Source: Candidatus Azophilus sp.
GTDB taxonomy: Bacteria; Pseudomonadota; Gammaproteobacteria; Pseudomonadales; Azotimanducaceae
NCBI GenBank assembly: GCA_965221755.1
Contig: OZ244921.1
Location: forward strand, 2,706,334 to 2,770,333
DNA length: 64,000 nt
Direction: 5' to 3'
The notes beneath the pieces are model-generated. The model made no database searches. It was not told the origin of the DNA and saw only the letters and a program-made list of their open reading frames with translations. The first letter of the stretch is position 1, and every line of letters starts with the position of its first letter. The position numbers and the translations under genes were made by a program. Positions 63,562-64,000 of the stretch are shown here, piece after piece.

Positions 63562-64000
63562 CTAAGTGAGGCTGCGGCGGCCTTGCAGGGCGTGCATGAT
63601 CGTGCCGCCATCGACGTACTCCAACTCGCCGCCGATGGGCACGCCGTGGGCGATGCGGGTGATGCGCCCCACGTCGTCCTTGATGAGGTCGGAGATGTAG
63701 AACGCGGTGGCTTCCCCTTCGACCGTGGGGTTGGTGGCCAGAATCACCTCCTCCGGCCGCCTTGCGCGCACCTTGGCGGCGAGCTGGCCCAAGCCGAGCT
63801 CCTCGGGCCCCACCCCGTCGATGGGCGACAGGCGCCCGTGCAGCACGAAGTAGCGTCCGCTGTAGCCGCCGGCCTGCTCGATGGCGACGATGTCGGCTGG
63901 GGACTCGACCACGCACAGCAGCGCGTCATCCCGCTTGGCGTTGGCGCAGATGCGGCAGCGGCCGGTCTCGGTGAGGGTGCGGCAATCCACGCACCAGCCA
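63562..64000 (-). CDS. recR: recombination protein RecR, C-terminal ~145 codons; gene continues beyond window end
   Basis: [56 protein letters not shown]...[18 protein letters not shown] (Toprim). Confidence 0.88.
   Translation of the reverse strand, partial: GWCVDCRTLTETGRCRICANAKRDDALLCVVESPADIVAIEQAGGYSGRYFVLHGRLSPIDGVGPEELGLGQLAAKVRARRPEEVILATNPTVEGEATAFYISDLIKDDVGRITRIAHGVPIGGELEYVDGGTIMHALQGRRSLT

Overview
This is a 64-kb, visibly high-G+C proteobacterial chromosome segment. The gene order leuS-lptE-holA, lnt, hrpA, rnd, recR suggests a gammaproteobacterium, but the taxon cannot be fixed by eye. Housekeeping blocks: cobS-cobT, a Calx-beta protein, a histidine phosphatase, an orphan Liv-type binding protein, DUF2141 + carotenoid oxygenase + a LytS/LytTR pair, holA-lptE-leuS, lnt, a hydrolase/MFS/SDR cluster, hrpA, a VWA + MoxR pair, a TolC-MFP-ABC efflux operon, rnd and recR. 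Between about 3.9 and 26.9 kb lies an accessory region around tRNA-Arg(TCT) and tRNA-Pro(TGG) with three parts. (a) A decayed type I-U/I-G cas remnant: a csb2 fragment, a broken cas3 and a csx17 with an in-frame stop, with no adaptation genes and no array. (b) A 14.4-kb, five-gene, translationally coupled minus-strand operon (10342-24761), which is the main candidate for something new. It encodes a 1755-aa DExH helicase-DUF1998-DUF559 fusion, a SNF2 ATPase, a 1403-aa N6-adenine methyltransferase with a (GCTCG)13 repeat inside the ORF, a free-standing paralogue of the methyltransferase C-terminal module, and an AlbA_2/Schlafen-type ATPase. I read it as a non-canonical DISARM class-1-like defence system. 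(c) A junkyard of a frameshifted PRTase-domain gene, a transposase fragment and a truncated Dam-like methylase. Other signals: a C14 homopolymer between a strong SD-ATG and a secreted-protein ORF (phase-OFF state or homopolymer error); a two-hairpin REP/MITE-like element in at least 8 copies, one apparently in-frame inside lnt; a 270-bp TIR-bounded MITE; a 145-bp tandem triplication between lptE and holA; a 45-bp in-frame VNTR at the cobT 5' end; and a PAS domain fused to an efflux membrane-fusion protein. All calls come from by-eye reading of the ORF track and sequence. No searches were run.
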